This document shows, one piece after another, positions 15,201-29,700 of a DNA stretch of 64,000 bases (within the stretch, counting starts at the first letter, position 1; every line of letters begins with the position of its first letter). This DNA is from Eledone cirrhosa (lineage: Eukaryota), in contig OZ024743.1 of assembly GCA_964016885.1 (NCBI GenBank), forward strand, positions 210,862,001 through 210,926,000, given 5' to 3'. The notes beneath the pieces are model-generated. The model worked only from the letters and a program-made list of their open reading frames with translations. It did not search any database and was not told the DNA's origin. The translations under genes were made by a program, and so were the position numbers.

Positions 15201-18200
15201 TTACCTTCCTATAGCCACACATGAGCGCTCTTCACTCCATCAGATATACCACAGTTTACCATCCTATAGCCAGATGAAAGCTCTTCACTCCATAAGATAT
15301 ACCACAGTTTACCATCCTATAGCCACACATGAAAGCTCTTCACTCTATAAGATGTACCACCTTTTACCATCCTATAGCCACAGATGAAAGCTCTTCACTC
15401 CATAAGATATAACACAGTTTACCATTCTATAGCCACAGATGAAAGCTCTTCACTCCATAAGATATACCACAGTTACCACCCTGTAGCCAGATGAAAGCTC
15501 TTCACTCCATAAGATATACCACAGTTTACCATCCTATAGCCACACATGAAAGCTCTTCACTCCATAAGATATACCACAGTTTACCATCCTATAGCCACAC
15601 ATCAGAGCTCTTCACTCCATAAGATATACCAGTTGACCATCCTGTAACCACACATGAAATCTCTTCACTCCATAAGATATACCACAATTTACCATCCTAT
15701 GGCCACACATGAAAGCTCTTCACCCCATAAGATATACCACAGTTTACCATCCTATGGCCACACATTAAAGCTCTTCACTCCATAAGATATTCCACAGTTT
15801 ACCATCCTATGGCCACACATGAAAGCTCTTCACTCCATAAGATATACCAAAGTTTACCATCCTATAGCCACAGATGAACGCTCTTCACTCCATAAGATAT
15901 ACCACAGTTTACCATCCTGTAGCCACACATGAAAGCTCTTCACTCCATAAGATATACCACAGTTTACCATCCTATACCCAGATGAAAGCTCTTCACTCCA
16001 TAAGATATACCACAGTTTACCATCCTATAGCCACACATGAAAGCTCTTCACTCCATAAGATGTACCACCTTTTACCATCCTATAGCCACAGACGAAAGCT
16101 GTTCACTCCATAAGATATACCACAGTTTACCATCCTATAGCCAGATGAAAGCTATTCACTCCATAAGTTATACCACAGTTTACCATCCTATAGCCACAGA
16201 TGAAAGCTCTTCACTCCATAAGATATATCACAGTTTACCATCCTATGGCCACAGATGAAAGCTCTTCACTCCATAAGATATACCACAGTTCACCATCCTA
16301 TAGCCACACATGAAAGCTCTTCACTCCATAAGATATACCCCAGATTACCATCCTATAGTCACATATGAAAGCTCTTCACTCCATAAGATATACCACAGTT
16401 TACCATCCTATAGCCACACATGAAAGCTCTTCACCCATAAGATATACCACAGTTTACCATCCTGTAGCCAGATGAAAGCTCTTCACTCCATAAGATATAC
16501 CAGTTTACCATCCTATAGCCACAGATGAAAGCTCTTCACTCCATAAGATATACCACAGTTTACCATCCTATAGCCAGATGAAAGCTCTTCACTCCATGAG
16601 ATATACCACAGTCTACCATCCTATAGCCACACATGAAAGCTCTGTAACCCATAAGATATACCACAGTTTACCATCCTGTAGCCAGATGAAAGCTCTTCAC
16701 TCCCTAAGATATACCACAGTTTACCTTCCTATAGCCACACATGAGAGCTCTTCACTCCATCAGATATACCACAGTTTACCATCCTATAGCCAGATGAAAG
16801 CTCTTCACTCCATAAGATATACCACAGTTTACCATCCTATAGCCACACATGAAAGCTCTTCACTCCATAAGATGTACCACCTTTTACCATCCTATAGCCA
16901 CAGACGAAAGCTGTTCACTCCATAAGATATACCACAGTTTACCATCCTATAGCCAGATGAAAGCTATTCACTCCATAAGTTATACCACAGTTTACCATCC
17001 TATAGCCACAGATGAAAGCTCTTCACTCCATAAGATATACCACAGTTTACCATCCTATGGCCACAGATGAAAGCTCTTCACTCCATAATATATACCACAG
17101 TTCACCATCCTATAGCCAAACATGAAAGCTCTTCACTCCATAAGATATACCACAGTTTACCATCCTATAGCCACACATGAAAGCTCTTCACTCCATAAGA
17201 TATACCCCAGATTACCATCCTATAGCCACATATGAAAGCTCTTCACTCCATAAGATATACCACAGTTTACCATCCTATAGCCAGATGAAAGCTCTTCACT
17301 CCATAAGATATATCAGTTTACCATCCTATAGCCACAGATGAAAGCTCTTCACTCCATGAGATATACCACAGTTTACCATCCTATGGCCACAGATGAAAGC
17401 TCTTCACTCCATAAGATATAACACAGTTTACCATCCTATAGCCACAGATGAAAGCTCTTCACTCCATAAGATATACCACAGTTACCACCCTGTAGCCAGA
17501 TGAAAGCTCTTCACTCCATAAGATATACCACAGTTTACCATCCTATAGCCACACATGAAAGCTCTTCACTCCATAAGATATACCACAGTTTACCATCCTA
17601 TAGCCACACATCAGAGCTCTTCACTCCATAAGATATACCAGTTTACCATCCTGTAGCCACACATGAAAGCTCTTCACTCCATAAGATATACCACAGTTTA
17701 CCATCCTATGGCCACACATGAAAGCTCTTGACCCCATAAGATATACCACAGTTTACCATCCTATGGCCACACATTAAAGCTCTTCACTCCATAAGATATT
17801 CCACAGTTTACCATCCTATGGCCACACATGAAAGCTCTTCACTCCATAAGATATACCACAGTTTACCATCCTATACCCAGATGAAAGCTCTTCACTCCAT
17901 AAGATATACCACAGTTTACCATCCTATAGCCACGCATGAAAGCTCTTCACTCCATAAGATGTACCACCTTTTACCATTCTATAGCCACAGATGAAAGCTG
18001 TTCACTCCATAAGATATACCACAGTTTACCATCCTATAGACAGATGAAAGCTATTCACTCCATAAGTTATAACACAGTTTACCATCCTATAGCTACAGAT
18101 GAAAGCTCTTCACTCCCTAAGATATACCACAGTTTACCATCCTATGGCCACAGATGAAAGCTCTTCACTCCATAAGATATACCACAGTTCACCATCCTAT

Positions 18201-21200
18201 AGCCACACATGAAAGCTCTTCACTCCATAAGATATACCACAGTTTACCATCCTATAGCCACACATGAAAGCTCTTCACTCCATAAGATATACCCCAGATT
18301 ACCATCCTATAGCCACATATGAAAGCTCTTCACTCCATAAGATATACCACAGTTTACCATCCTATAGCCACACATGAAAGCTCTTCACTCTATAAGATGT
18401 ACCACCTTTTACCATCCTATAGCCACAGATGAAGGCTCTTCACTCCATAAGATATACCACAGTTTACCATCCTATAGCCAGATGAAAGCTTTTCACTCCA
18501 TAAGATATACCACAGTTTACCATCCTATAGCCACACATGAAAGCTCTTCACTCCATAAGATATACCACAGTTACCACCCTGTAGCCAGATGAAAGCTCTT
18601 CACTCCATAAGATATACCACAGTTTACCATCCTATAGCCACACATGAAAGCTCTTCACTCCATAAGATATACCACAGTTTACCATCCTATAGCCACACAT
18701 CAGAGCTCTTCACTCCATAACATATACCAGTTGACCATCCTGTAACCACACATGAAATCTCTTCACTCCATAAGATATACCACATTTTCCATCCTATAGC
18801 CACACATCAGAGCTCTTCACTCCATAAGATATACCAGTTTACCATCCTGTAGCCACACATGAAAGCTCTTCACTCCATAAGATATTCCACAGTTTACCAT
18901 CCTATGGCCACACATGAAAGCTCTTCACTCCATAAGATATACCAAAGTTTACCATCCTATAGCCACAGATGAACGCTCTTCACTCCATAAGACATACCAC
19001 AGTTTACCATCCTATAGCCACACATGAAAGCTCTTCACTCCATAAGATATACCACAGTTCACCATCCTATAGCCACACATGAAAGCTCTTCACTCCATAA
19101 GATATACCCCAGATTACCATCCTATAGCCACATATGAAAGCTCTTCACTCCATAAGATATACCACAGTTTACTATCCTATAGCCACACATGAAAGCTCTT
19201 CACTCCATAAGATATACCACAGTTTAACATCCTATAGCCACACATGAAAGCTCTTCACTCCATAAGATATACCACAGTTTAACATCCTATAGCCACACAT
19301 GAAAGCTCTTCACTCCATACGATATACCACAGTTTACCATCCTATAGCCACAGATGAAAGCTCTTCACTCCATAAGATATACCACAGTTTACCATCCTAT
19401 ATCCAGATGAAAGCTCTTCACTCCATGAGATATACCACAGTCTACCATCCTATAGCCACACATGAAAGCTCTGTAACCCATAAGATATACCACAGTTTAC
19501 CATCCTGTAGCCAGATGAAAGCTCTTCACTCCATAAGATATACCACAGTTTACCATCCTATAGCCACACATGAAAGCTCTTCACTCCATAAGATATACCA
19601 CAGTTTACCAACCTATAGCCACAGATGAAAGCTCTTCACTCCATAAGATATACCACAGTTTACCATCCTATAGCCAGATGAAAGCTCTTCACTCCATGAG
19701 ATATACCACAGTCTACCATCCTATAGCCACACATGAAATCTCTGTAACCCATAAGATATACCACAGTTTACCATCCTATAGCCAGATGAAAGCTCTTCAC
19801 TCCATAAGTTATACCACAGTTTACCATCCTGTAGCCACAGATGAAAGCTCTTCACTCCATAAGATATACCACAGTTTACCATCCTATGGCCACAGATGAA
19901 AGCTCTTTACTCCATAAGATATACCACAGTTTAACATCATATAGCCACACATGAAAGCTCTTCACTCCATAAGATATACCACAGTTTACCATCCTATAAC
20001 CAGATGAAAGCTCTTCACTCCATAAGATATACCACAGTTTACCAACCTATAGCCACAGATGAAAGCTCTTCACTCCATGAGTTATACCACAGTTTACCAT
20101 CCTATAGCCAGATGAAAGCTCTTCACTCCATAAGATATACCACAGTCTACAATCTTATAGCCACACATGAAGGCTCTGTAACCCATAAGATATACCACAG
20201 TTTACCATCCTATAGTCAGATGAAAGCTCTTCACTCCCTAAGATATACCACAGTTTACCTTCCTATAGCCACACATGAGCGCTCTTCACTCCATCAGATA
20301 TACCACAGTTTACCATCCTATAGCCACAAATGAAAGCTCTTCACTCCATAAGATATACCACAGTTTACCATCCAATAGTCAGATGAAAGCTCTTCACTCC
20401 ATAAGATATACCACAGTTTACCATCCTATAGCCACACATGAAAGCTCTTCACTCTATAAGATGTACCACCTTTTACCATCCTATAGCCACAGATGAAAGC
20501 TCTTCACTCCATAAGATATAACACAGTTTACCATTCTATAGCCACAGATGAAAGCTCTTCACTCCATAAGATATACCACAGTTACCACCCTGTAGCCAGA
20601 TGAAAGCTCTTCACTCCATAAGATATACCACAGTTTACCATCCTATAGCCACACATGAAAGCTCTTCACTCCATAAGATATACCACAGTTTACCATCCTA
20701 TAGCCACACATCAGAGCTCTTCACTCCATAAGATATACCAGTTGACCATCCTGTAACCACACATGAAATCTCTTCACTCCATAAGATATACCACAGTTTA
20801 CCATCCTATGGCCACACATGAAAGCTCTTCACCCCATAAGATATACCACAGTTTACCATCCTATGGCCACACATTAAAGCTCTTCACTCCATAAGATATT
20901 CCACAGTTTACCATCCTATGGCCACACATGAAAGCTCTTCACTCCATAAGATATACCAAAGTTTACCATCCTATAGCCACAGATGAACGCTCTTCACTCC
21001 ATAAGATATACCACAGTTTACCATCCTGTAGCCACACATGAAAGCTCTTCACTCCATAAGATATACCACAGTTTACCATCCTATACCCAGATGAAAGCTC
21101 TTCACTCCATAAGATATACCACAGTTTACCATCCTATAGCCACACATGAAAGCTCTTCACTCCATAAGATGTACCACCTTTTACCATCCTATAGCCACAG

Positions 21201-22447
21201 ACGAAAGCTGTTCACTCCATAAGATATACCACAGTTTACCATCCTATAGCCAGATGAAAGCTATTCACTCCATAAGTTATACCACAGTTTACCATCCTAT
21301 AGCCACAGATGAAAGCTCTTCACTCCATAAGATATATCACAGTTTACCATCCTATGGCCACAGATGAAAGCTCTTCACTCCATAAGATATACCACAGTTC
21401 ACCATCCTATAGCCACACATGAAAGCTCTTCACTCCATAAGATATACCCCAGATTACCATCCTATAGTCACATATGAAAGCTCTTCACTCCATAAGATAT
21501 ACCACAGTTTACCATCCTATAGCCACACATGAAAGCTCTTCACCCATAAGATATACCACAGTTTACCATCCTGTAGCCAGATGAAAGCTCTTCACTCCAT
21601 AAGATATACCAGTTTACCATCCTATAGCCACAGATGAAAGCTCTTCACTCCATAAGATATACCACAGTTTACCATCCTATAGCCAGATGAAAGCTCTTCA
21701 CTCCATGAGATATACCACAGTCTACCATCCTATAGCCACACATGAAAGCTCTGTAATCCATAAGATATACCACAGTTTACCATCCTGTAGCCAGATGAAA
21801 GCTCTTCACTCCCTAAGATATACCACAGTTTACCTTCCTATAGCCACACATGAGAGCTCTTCACTCCATCAGATATACCACAGTTTACCATCCTATAGCC
21901 AGATGAAAGCTCTTCACTCCATAAGATATACCACAGTTTACCATCCTATAGCCACACATGAAAGCTCTTCACTCCATAAGATGTACCACCTTTTACCATC
22001 CTATAGCCACAGACGAAAGCTGTTCACTCCATAAGATATACCACAGTTTACCATCCTATAGCCAGATGAAAGCTATTCACTCCATAAGTTATACCACAGT
22101 TTACCATCCTATAGCCACAGATGAAAGCTCTTCACTCCATAAGATATACCACAGTTTACCATCCTATGGCCACAGATGAAAGCTCTTCACTCCATAATAT
22201 ATACCACAGTTCACCATCCTATAGCCAAACATGAAAGCTCTTCACTCCATAAGATATACCACAGTTTACCATCCTATAGCCACACATGAAAGCTCTTCAC
22301 TCCATAAGATATACCCCAGATTACCATCCTATAGCCACATATGAAAGCTCTTCACTCCATAAGATATACCACAGTTTACCATCCTGTAGCCAGATGAAAG
22401 CTCTTCACTCCATAAGATATATCAGTTTACCATCCTATAGCCACAGA
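12285..22447 (+). repeat. Near-perfect adjacent tandem duplication of a 5054-bp block (about 93 monomers): about 12285-17338 and about 17339-22447, the second copy carrying one extra 55-bp unit
   Basis: ORF pairs 12882/17936, 13320/18374, 14245/19299, 14516/19570 and 14950/20004 have offset 5054. Pairs 15874/20983, 16037/21146, 16578/21687 and 16849/21958 have offset 5109. Private markers are shared (GCTCTTGACCCC, GCCACGCATG, TATATCAGTTT at about 17310 and about 22419). Confidence 0.95.
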
Positions 22448-25400
22448 TGAAAGCTCTTCACTCCATAAGATATACCACAGTTTACCATCCTATAGCCAGA
22501 TGAAAGCTCTTCACTCCATGAGATATACCACAGTCTACCATCCTATAGCCACACATGAAAGCTCTGTAACCCATAAGATATAGCACAGTTTACCATCCTG
22601 TAGCCAGATGAAAGGTCTTCACTCCCTAAGATATACCACAGTTTACCTTCCTATAGCCACACATGAGAGCTCTTCACTCCATCAGATATACCACAGTTTA
22701 CCATCCTATAGCCAGATGAAAGCTCTTCACTCCATAAGATATACCACAGTTTACCATCCTATGGCCACACATGAAAGCTCTTCACTCTATAAGATGTACC
22801 ACCTTTTACCATCCTATAGCCACAGATGAAAGCTCTTCACTCCATAAGATATAACACAGTTTACCATCCTATAGCCACAGATGAAAGCTCTTCACTCCAT
22901 AAGATATACCACAGTTACCACCCTGTAGCCATATGAAAGCTCTTCACTCCATAAGATATACCACAGTTTACCATCCTATAGCCACACATGAAAGCTCTTC
23001 ACTCCATAAGATATACCACAGTTTACCATCCTATAGCCACACATCAGAGCTCTTCACTCCATAAGATATACCAGTTGACCATCCTGTAACCACACATGAA
23101 AGCTATTCACTCCATAAGATATACCACAGTTTACCATACTATGGCCACACATGAAAGCTCTTCACACCATAAGATATACCACAGTTTACCATCCTATGGC
23201 CACACATTTAAGCTCTTCACTCCATAAGATATTCCACAGTTTACCATCCTGTAGCCACACATGAAAGCTCTTCACTACATAAGATATACCACAGTTTACC
23301 ATCCTATACCCAGATGAAAGTTCTTCACTCCATAAGATATACCACAGTTTACCATCCTATAGCTACACATGAAAGCTCTTCACTCCATAAGATGTACCAC
23401 CTTTTACCATCCTATAGCCACAGACGAAAGCTGTTCACTCCATAAGATATACCACAGTTTACCATCCTATAGCCAGATGAAAGCTATTCACTCCATAAGT
23501 TATACCACAGTTTACCATCCTATAGCCACAGATGAAAGCTCTTCACTCCATAAGATATACCACAGTTTACCATCCTATGGCCACAGATGAAAGCTCTTCA
23601 CTCCATAAGATATACCACAGTTCACCATCCTATACCCACACATGAAAGCTCTTCACTCCATAAGATATACCACAGTTTACCATCCTATAGCCACACATGA
23701 AAGCTCTTCACTCCATAAGATATACCCCAGAGTACCATCCTATAGCCACATATGAAAGCTCTTCACTCCATAAGATATACCACAGTTTACCATCCTATAG
23801 CCACACATGAAAGCTCTTCACTCCATAAGATATACCACAGTTTACCATCCTGTAGCCAGATGAAAGCTCTTCACTCCATAAGATATACCACAGTTTACCA
23901 TCCTATAGCCACACATGAAAGCTCTTCACTCCATAAGATATACCACAGTTTACGAACCTATAGCCACAGATGAAAGCTCTTCACTCCATAAGATATACCA
24001 CAGTTTACCATCCTATAGCCAGATGAAAGCTCTTCACTCCATGAGATATACCACAGTCTACCATCCTATAGCCACACATGAAAGCTCTGTAACCCATAAG
24101 ATATACCACAGTTTACCATCCTATAGCCAGATGAAAGCTCTTCACTACATAAGATATACCAGAGTTTACCATCCTATAGCCACAGATGAAAGCGCTTCAC
24201 TCCATGAGATATACCACAGTTTACCATCCTATAGCCAGATGAAAGCTCTTCACTCCATAAGCTATACCACAGTTTACCATTTTATAGCCACACATGAAAG
24301 CTCTTCACTCTATAAGATGTACCACCTTTTACCATCCTATAGCCACAGATGAAAGCTCTTCACTCCATAAGATATACCACAGTTTACCATCTTATAGCCA
24401 CACATGAGAGCTCTTCACTCCATAAGATATACCACAGTTTACCATCCTATACCCAGATGAAAGCTCTTCACTCCATAAGATATACCACAGTTTACCATCC
24501 TATAGCCACACATGAAAGCTCTTCACTCCATAAGATGTACCACCTTTTACCATCCTATAGCCACACATGAAAGCTGTTCACTCCATAAGATATACCACAG
24601 TTTACCATCCTATAGCCAGATGAAAGCTATTCACTCCATAAGTTATAACACAGTTTACCATCCTATAGCCACAGATGAAAGCTCTTCACTCCATAAGATA
24701 TACCACAGTTTACCATCCTATGGCCACAGATGAAAGCTCTTCACTCCATAAGATATACCCCAGATTACCATCCTATAGCCACATATGAAAGCTCTTCACT
24801 CCATAAGATATACCACAGTTTACCATCCTATAGCTACACATGAAAGCTCTACACTCCATAAGATATACCACAGTTTAACATCCTATAGCCACACATGAAA
24901 GCTCTTCACTCCATAAGATATACCACAGTTTACCATCCTGTAGCCAGATGAAAGCTCTTCACTCCATAAGATATACCACAGTTTGCCATCCTATAGCCAC
25001 AGATGAAAGCTCTTCACTCCATAAGATATACCACAGTTTACCATCCTATAGCCAGATGAAAGCTCTTCACTCCATGAGATATATCACAGTCTACAATCTT
25101 ATAGCCACACATGAAGGCTCTGTAACCCATAAGATATACCACAGTTTACCATCCTATAGACACAGATGAACGCTCTTCACTCCATAAGATATACCACAGT
25201 TTACCATCCTATAGCCACACATGAAAGCTCTTCACTCCATAAGATATACCACAGTTTACCAACCTATAGCCACAGATGAAAGCTCTTCACTCCATAAGAT
25301 ATACCACAGTTTACCATCCTATAGCCAGATGAAAGCTCTTCACTCCATAAGTTATACCACAGTTTACCATCCTGTAGCCACAGATGAAAGCTCTTCTCTC

Positions 25401-26744
25401 CATAAGATATACCACAGTTTAACATCCTATAGCCACACATGAAAGCTCTTCACTCCATAAGATGTACCACAGTTTACCATCCTATAACCAGATGAAAGCT
25501 CTTCACTCCATAAGATATACCACAGTTTACCAACCTATAGCCACAGATGAAATCTCTTCACTCCATGAGTTATACCACAGTTTACCATCCTATAGCCAGA
25601 TGAAGGCTCTTCACTCCATAAGATATACCACAGTCTACAATCTTATAGCCACACATGAAGGCTCTGTAACCCATAAGATATACCACAGTTTACCATCCTA
25701 TAGCCAGATGAAAGCTCTTCACTCCCTAAGATATAGCACAGTTTACCTTCCCATAGCCACACATGAGAGCTCTCCACTCCATCAGATATACCACAGTTTA
25801 CCATCCTATAGCCAGATGAAAGCTCTTCACTCCATAAGATATACCACAGTTTACCATCCTATAGCCACACATGAAAGCTCTTCACTCCATAAGATATACC
25901 ACAGTTTACCATCCTATAGAAACACATCAGAGCTCTTCACTCCATAAGATATACCAGTTTACCATCCTGTAGCCAGACATGAAAGCTCTTCACTCCATAA
26001 GATATACCACAGTTTACCATCCTATGGCCACACATGAAAGCTCTTCACCCCATAAGATATACCACAGTTTACCATCATATGGCCACACATTAAAGCTCTT
26101 CACTCCATAAGGTATTCCACAGTTTACCATCCTATGGCCACACATGAAAGCTCTTCACTCCATAAGATATACCAAAGTTTACCATCCTATAGCCACAGAT
26201 GAATGCTCTTCACTCCATAAGATATACCACAGTTTACCATCCTATAGCCACACATGAAAGCTCTTCACTCCATAAGATATACCACAGTTTACCATCCTAT
26301 ACCCAGATGAAAGCTCTTCACTCCATAAGATATACCACAGTTTACCATCCTATAGCCACACATGAAAGATTTTCACTCCATAAGATGTACCACCTTTTAC
26401 CATCCTATAGCCACAGATGAATGCTGTTCACTCCATCAGATATACCACAGTTTACCATCCTATAGCCAGATGAAAGCTATTCACTCCATAAGTTAGAACA
26501 CAGTTTACCATCCTATAGCCACAGATGAAAGCTCTTCACTCCATAAGATATACCACAGTTTACCATCCTATGGCCACAGATGAAAGCTCTTCACTCCATA
26601 AGATATACCACAGTTCACCATCCTATAGCCACACATGAAAGCTCTTCACTCCATAAGATATACCACAGTTTACCATCCTATAGCCACACATGAAAGCTCT
26701 TCACACCATAAGATATACCCCAGATTACCATCCTATAGCCACAT

Positions 26745-29700
26745 ATGAAAGCTCTTCACTCCATAAGATATACCACAGTTTACCATCCTATGGCCACACA
26801 TGAAAGCTCTTCACCCCATAAGATATACCACAGTTTACCATCCTATGGCCACACATTAAAGATCTTCACTCCATCAGATATTCCACAGTTTACCATCCTA
26901 TGGCCACACATGAAAGCTCTTCACTCCATAAGATATACCAAAGTTTACCATCCTATAGCCACAGATGAACGCTCGTCACTCCATAAGATATACCACAGTT
27001 TACCATCCTATAGCCACACATGAAAGCTCTTCACTCCATAAGATATACCACAGTTTACCATCCTGTAGCCAGATGAAAGCTCTTCACTCCATAAGATATA
27101 CCACAGTTTACCATCCTATAGCCACACATGAAAGCTCTTCATTCCATAAGATGTACCACCTTTTACCATCCTATAGCCACAGATGAAAGCTGTTCACTCC
27201 ATAAGATATACCACAGTTTACCATCCTATAGCCAGATGAAAGCTATTCACTCCATAAGTTATAACACAGTTTACCATCCTATAGCCACAGATGAAAGCTC
27301 TTCACTCCATAAGATATACCACAGTTTACCATCCTATGGCCACAGATGAAAGCTCTTCACTCCATAAGATATACCACAGTTCACCATCCTATAGCCACAC
27401 ATGAAAGCTCTTCACTCCATAAGATATACCACAGTTTACCATCCTGTAGCCACACATGAAAGCTCTTCACTTCATAAGATATAGCCCAGATTACCATCCT
27501 ATAGCCACATATGAAAGCTCTTCACTCCATAAGATATACCACAGTTTACCATCCTATAGCCACACATGAAAGCTCTTCACTCCATAAGATATACCACAGT
27601 TTACCATCCTGTAGTAAGATAAAACTCTTCACTCCATAAGATATACCACAGTTTACCATCCTATAGCCACAGATGAAAGCTCTTCACTCCATAAGATATA
27701 CCACAGTTTACCATCCTATAGCCAGATGAAAGCTCTTCACTCCATAAGATATACCACAGTTTACCATCCTATAGCCACAGATGAAACTCTTCACTCCATA
27801 AGATATACCACAGTTTACCATCCTATAGCCAGATGAAAGCTCTTCACTCCATGAGATATACCACAGTCTACCATCCTATAGCCACACATGAAAGCTCTGT
27901 AACCCATAAGATATACCACAGTTTACCATCCTATAGCCAGATGAAAGCTCTTCACTCCATAAGTTATACCACAGTTTACCATCCTGTAGCCACAGATGAA
28001 AGCTCTTTACTCCATAAGATATTCCACAGTTTAACATCCTATAGCCACACATGAAAGCTCTTCACTCCATAAGATATACCACAGTTTACCATCCTATAAC
28101 CAGATGAAAGCTCTTCACTCCATAAGATATACCACAGTTTACCAACCTATAGCCACAGATGAAAGCTCTTCACTGCATGAGTTATACCACAGTTTACCAT
28201 CCTATAGCCAGATGAAAGCTCTTCACACCATAAGATATACCACAGTCTACAATCTTATAGCCACACATGAAAGCTCTGTAACCCATAAGATATACCACAG
28301 TCTACCATCCTATAGCCACACATGAAAGCTCTGTAACCCATAAGATATACCACAGTTTACCATCCTATAGCCAGATGAAAGCTCTTCACTCCTTAAGATA
28401 TACCACAGTTTACCATCCTATAGCCAGATGAAAGCTATTCACTCCCTAAGATATACCACAGTTTACCTTCCTATAGCCACACATGAGAGCTCTTCACTCC
28501 ATCAGATATACCACAGTTTACCATCCTGTAGCCAGATGAAAGCTCTTCACTCCATAAGATATACCACAGTTTACCATCCTATAGCCACAGATGAAAGCTC
28601 TTCACTCCATGAGATATGCCACAGTTTACCATCCTATAGCCACACATGAAAGCGCTTCACTCTATAAGATGTACCACCTTTTACCATCCTATAGCCACAG
28701 ATGAAAGCTCTTCACTCCATAAGATATACCACAGTTTACCATCCTATAGCCACATATGAAAGCTCTTCACTCCCTAAGATATACCACAGTTTACCATCCT
28801 ATAGCCACACATGAAAGCTCTTCACTCTATAAGATGTACCACCTTTTACCATCCTATAGCCACAGATGAAGGCTCTTCACTCCATAAGATATACCACAGT
28901 TACCACCCTGTAGCCAGATGAAAGCTCTTCATTCCATAAGATATACCACAGTTTACCATCCTATAGCCACACATGAAAGCTCTTCACTCCATAAGATATA
29001 CCACAGTTTACCATCCTATAGCGACACATCAGAGCTCTTCACTCCATAAGATATACCAGTTGACCATCCTGTAACCACACATGAAAGCTCTTCACTCCAT
29101 AAGATATACCACAGTTTACCATCCTATGGCCACACATGAAAGCTCTTCACCCCATAAGATATACCACAGTTTACCATCCTATGGCCACACATTAAAGCTC
29201 TTCACTCCATAAGATATTCCACAGTTTACCATCCTATGGCCACACATGAAAGCTCTTCACTCCATAAGATATACCAAAGTTTACCATCCTATAGCCACAG
29301 ATGAACGCTCTTCACTCCATAAGATATACCACAGTTTACCATCCTATAGCCACACATGAAAGCTCTTCACTCCATAAGATGTACCACAGTTTACCATCCT
29401 ATACCCAGATGAAAGCTCTTCACTCCATAAGATATACCACAGTTTACCATCCTATACCTAGATGAAAGCTCTTCACTCCATAAGATATACCACAGTTTAC
29501 CATCCTATAGCCACACATGAAAGCTCTTCATTCCATAAGATATACCACAGTTTACCATCCTATAGCCAGATGACAGCTATTCAATCCATAAGTTATACCA
29601 CAGTTTACCATCCTATAGCCACAGATGAAAGCTCTTCACTCCATAAGATATACCACAGTTTACCATCCTATGGCCACAGATGAAAGCTCTTCACTCCATA

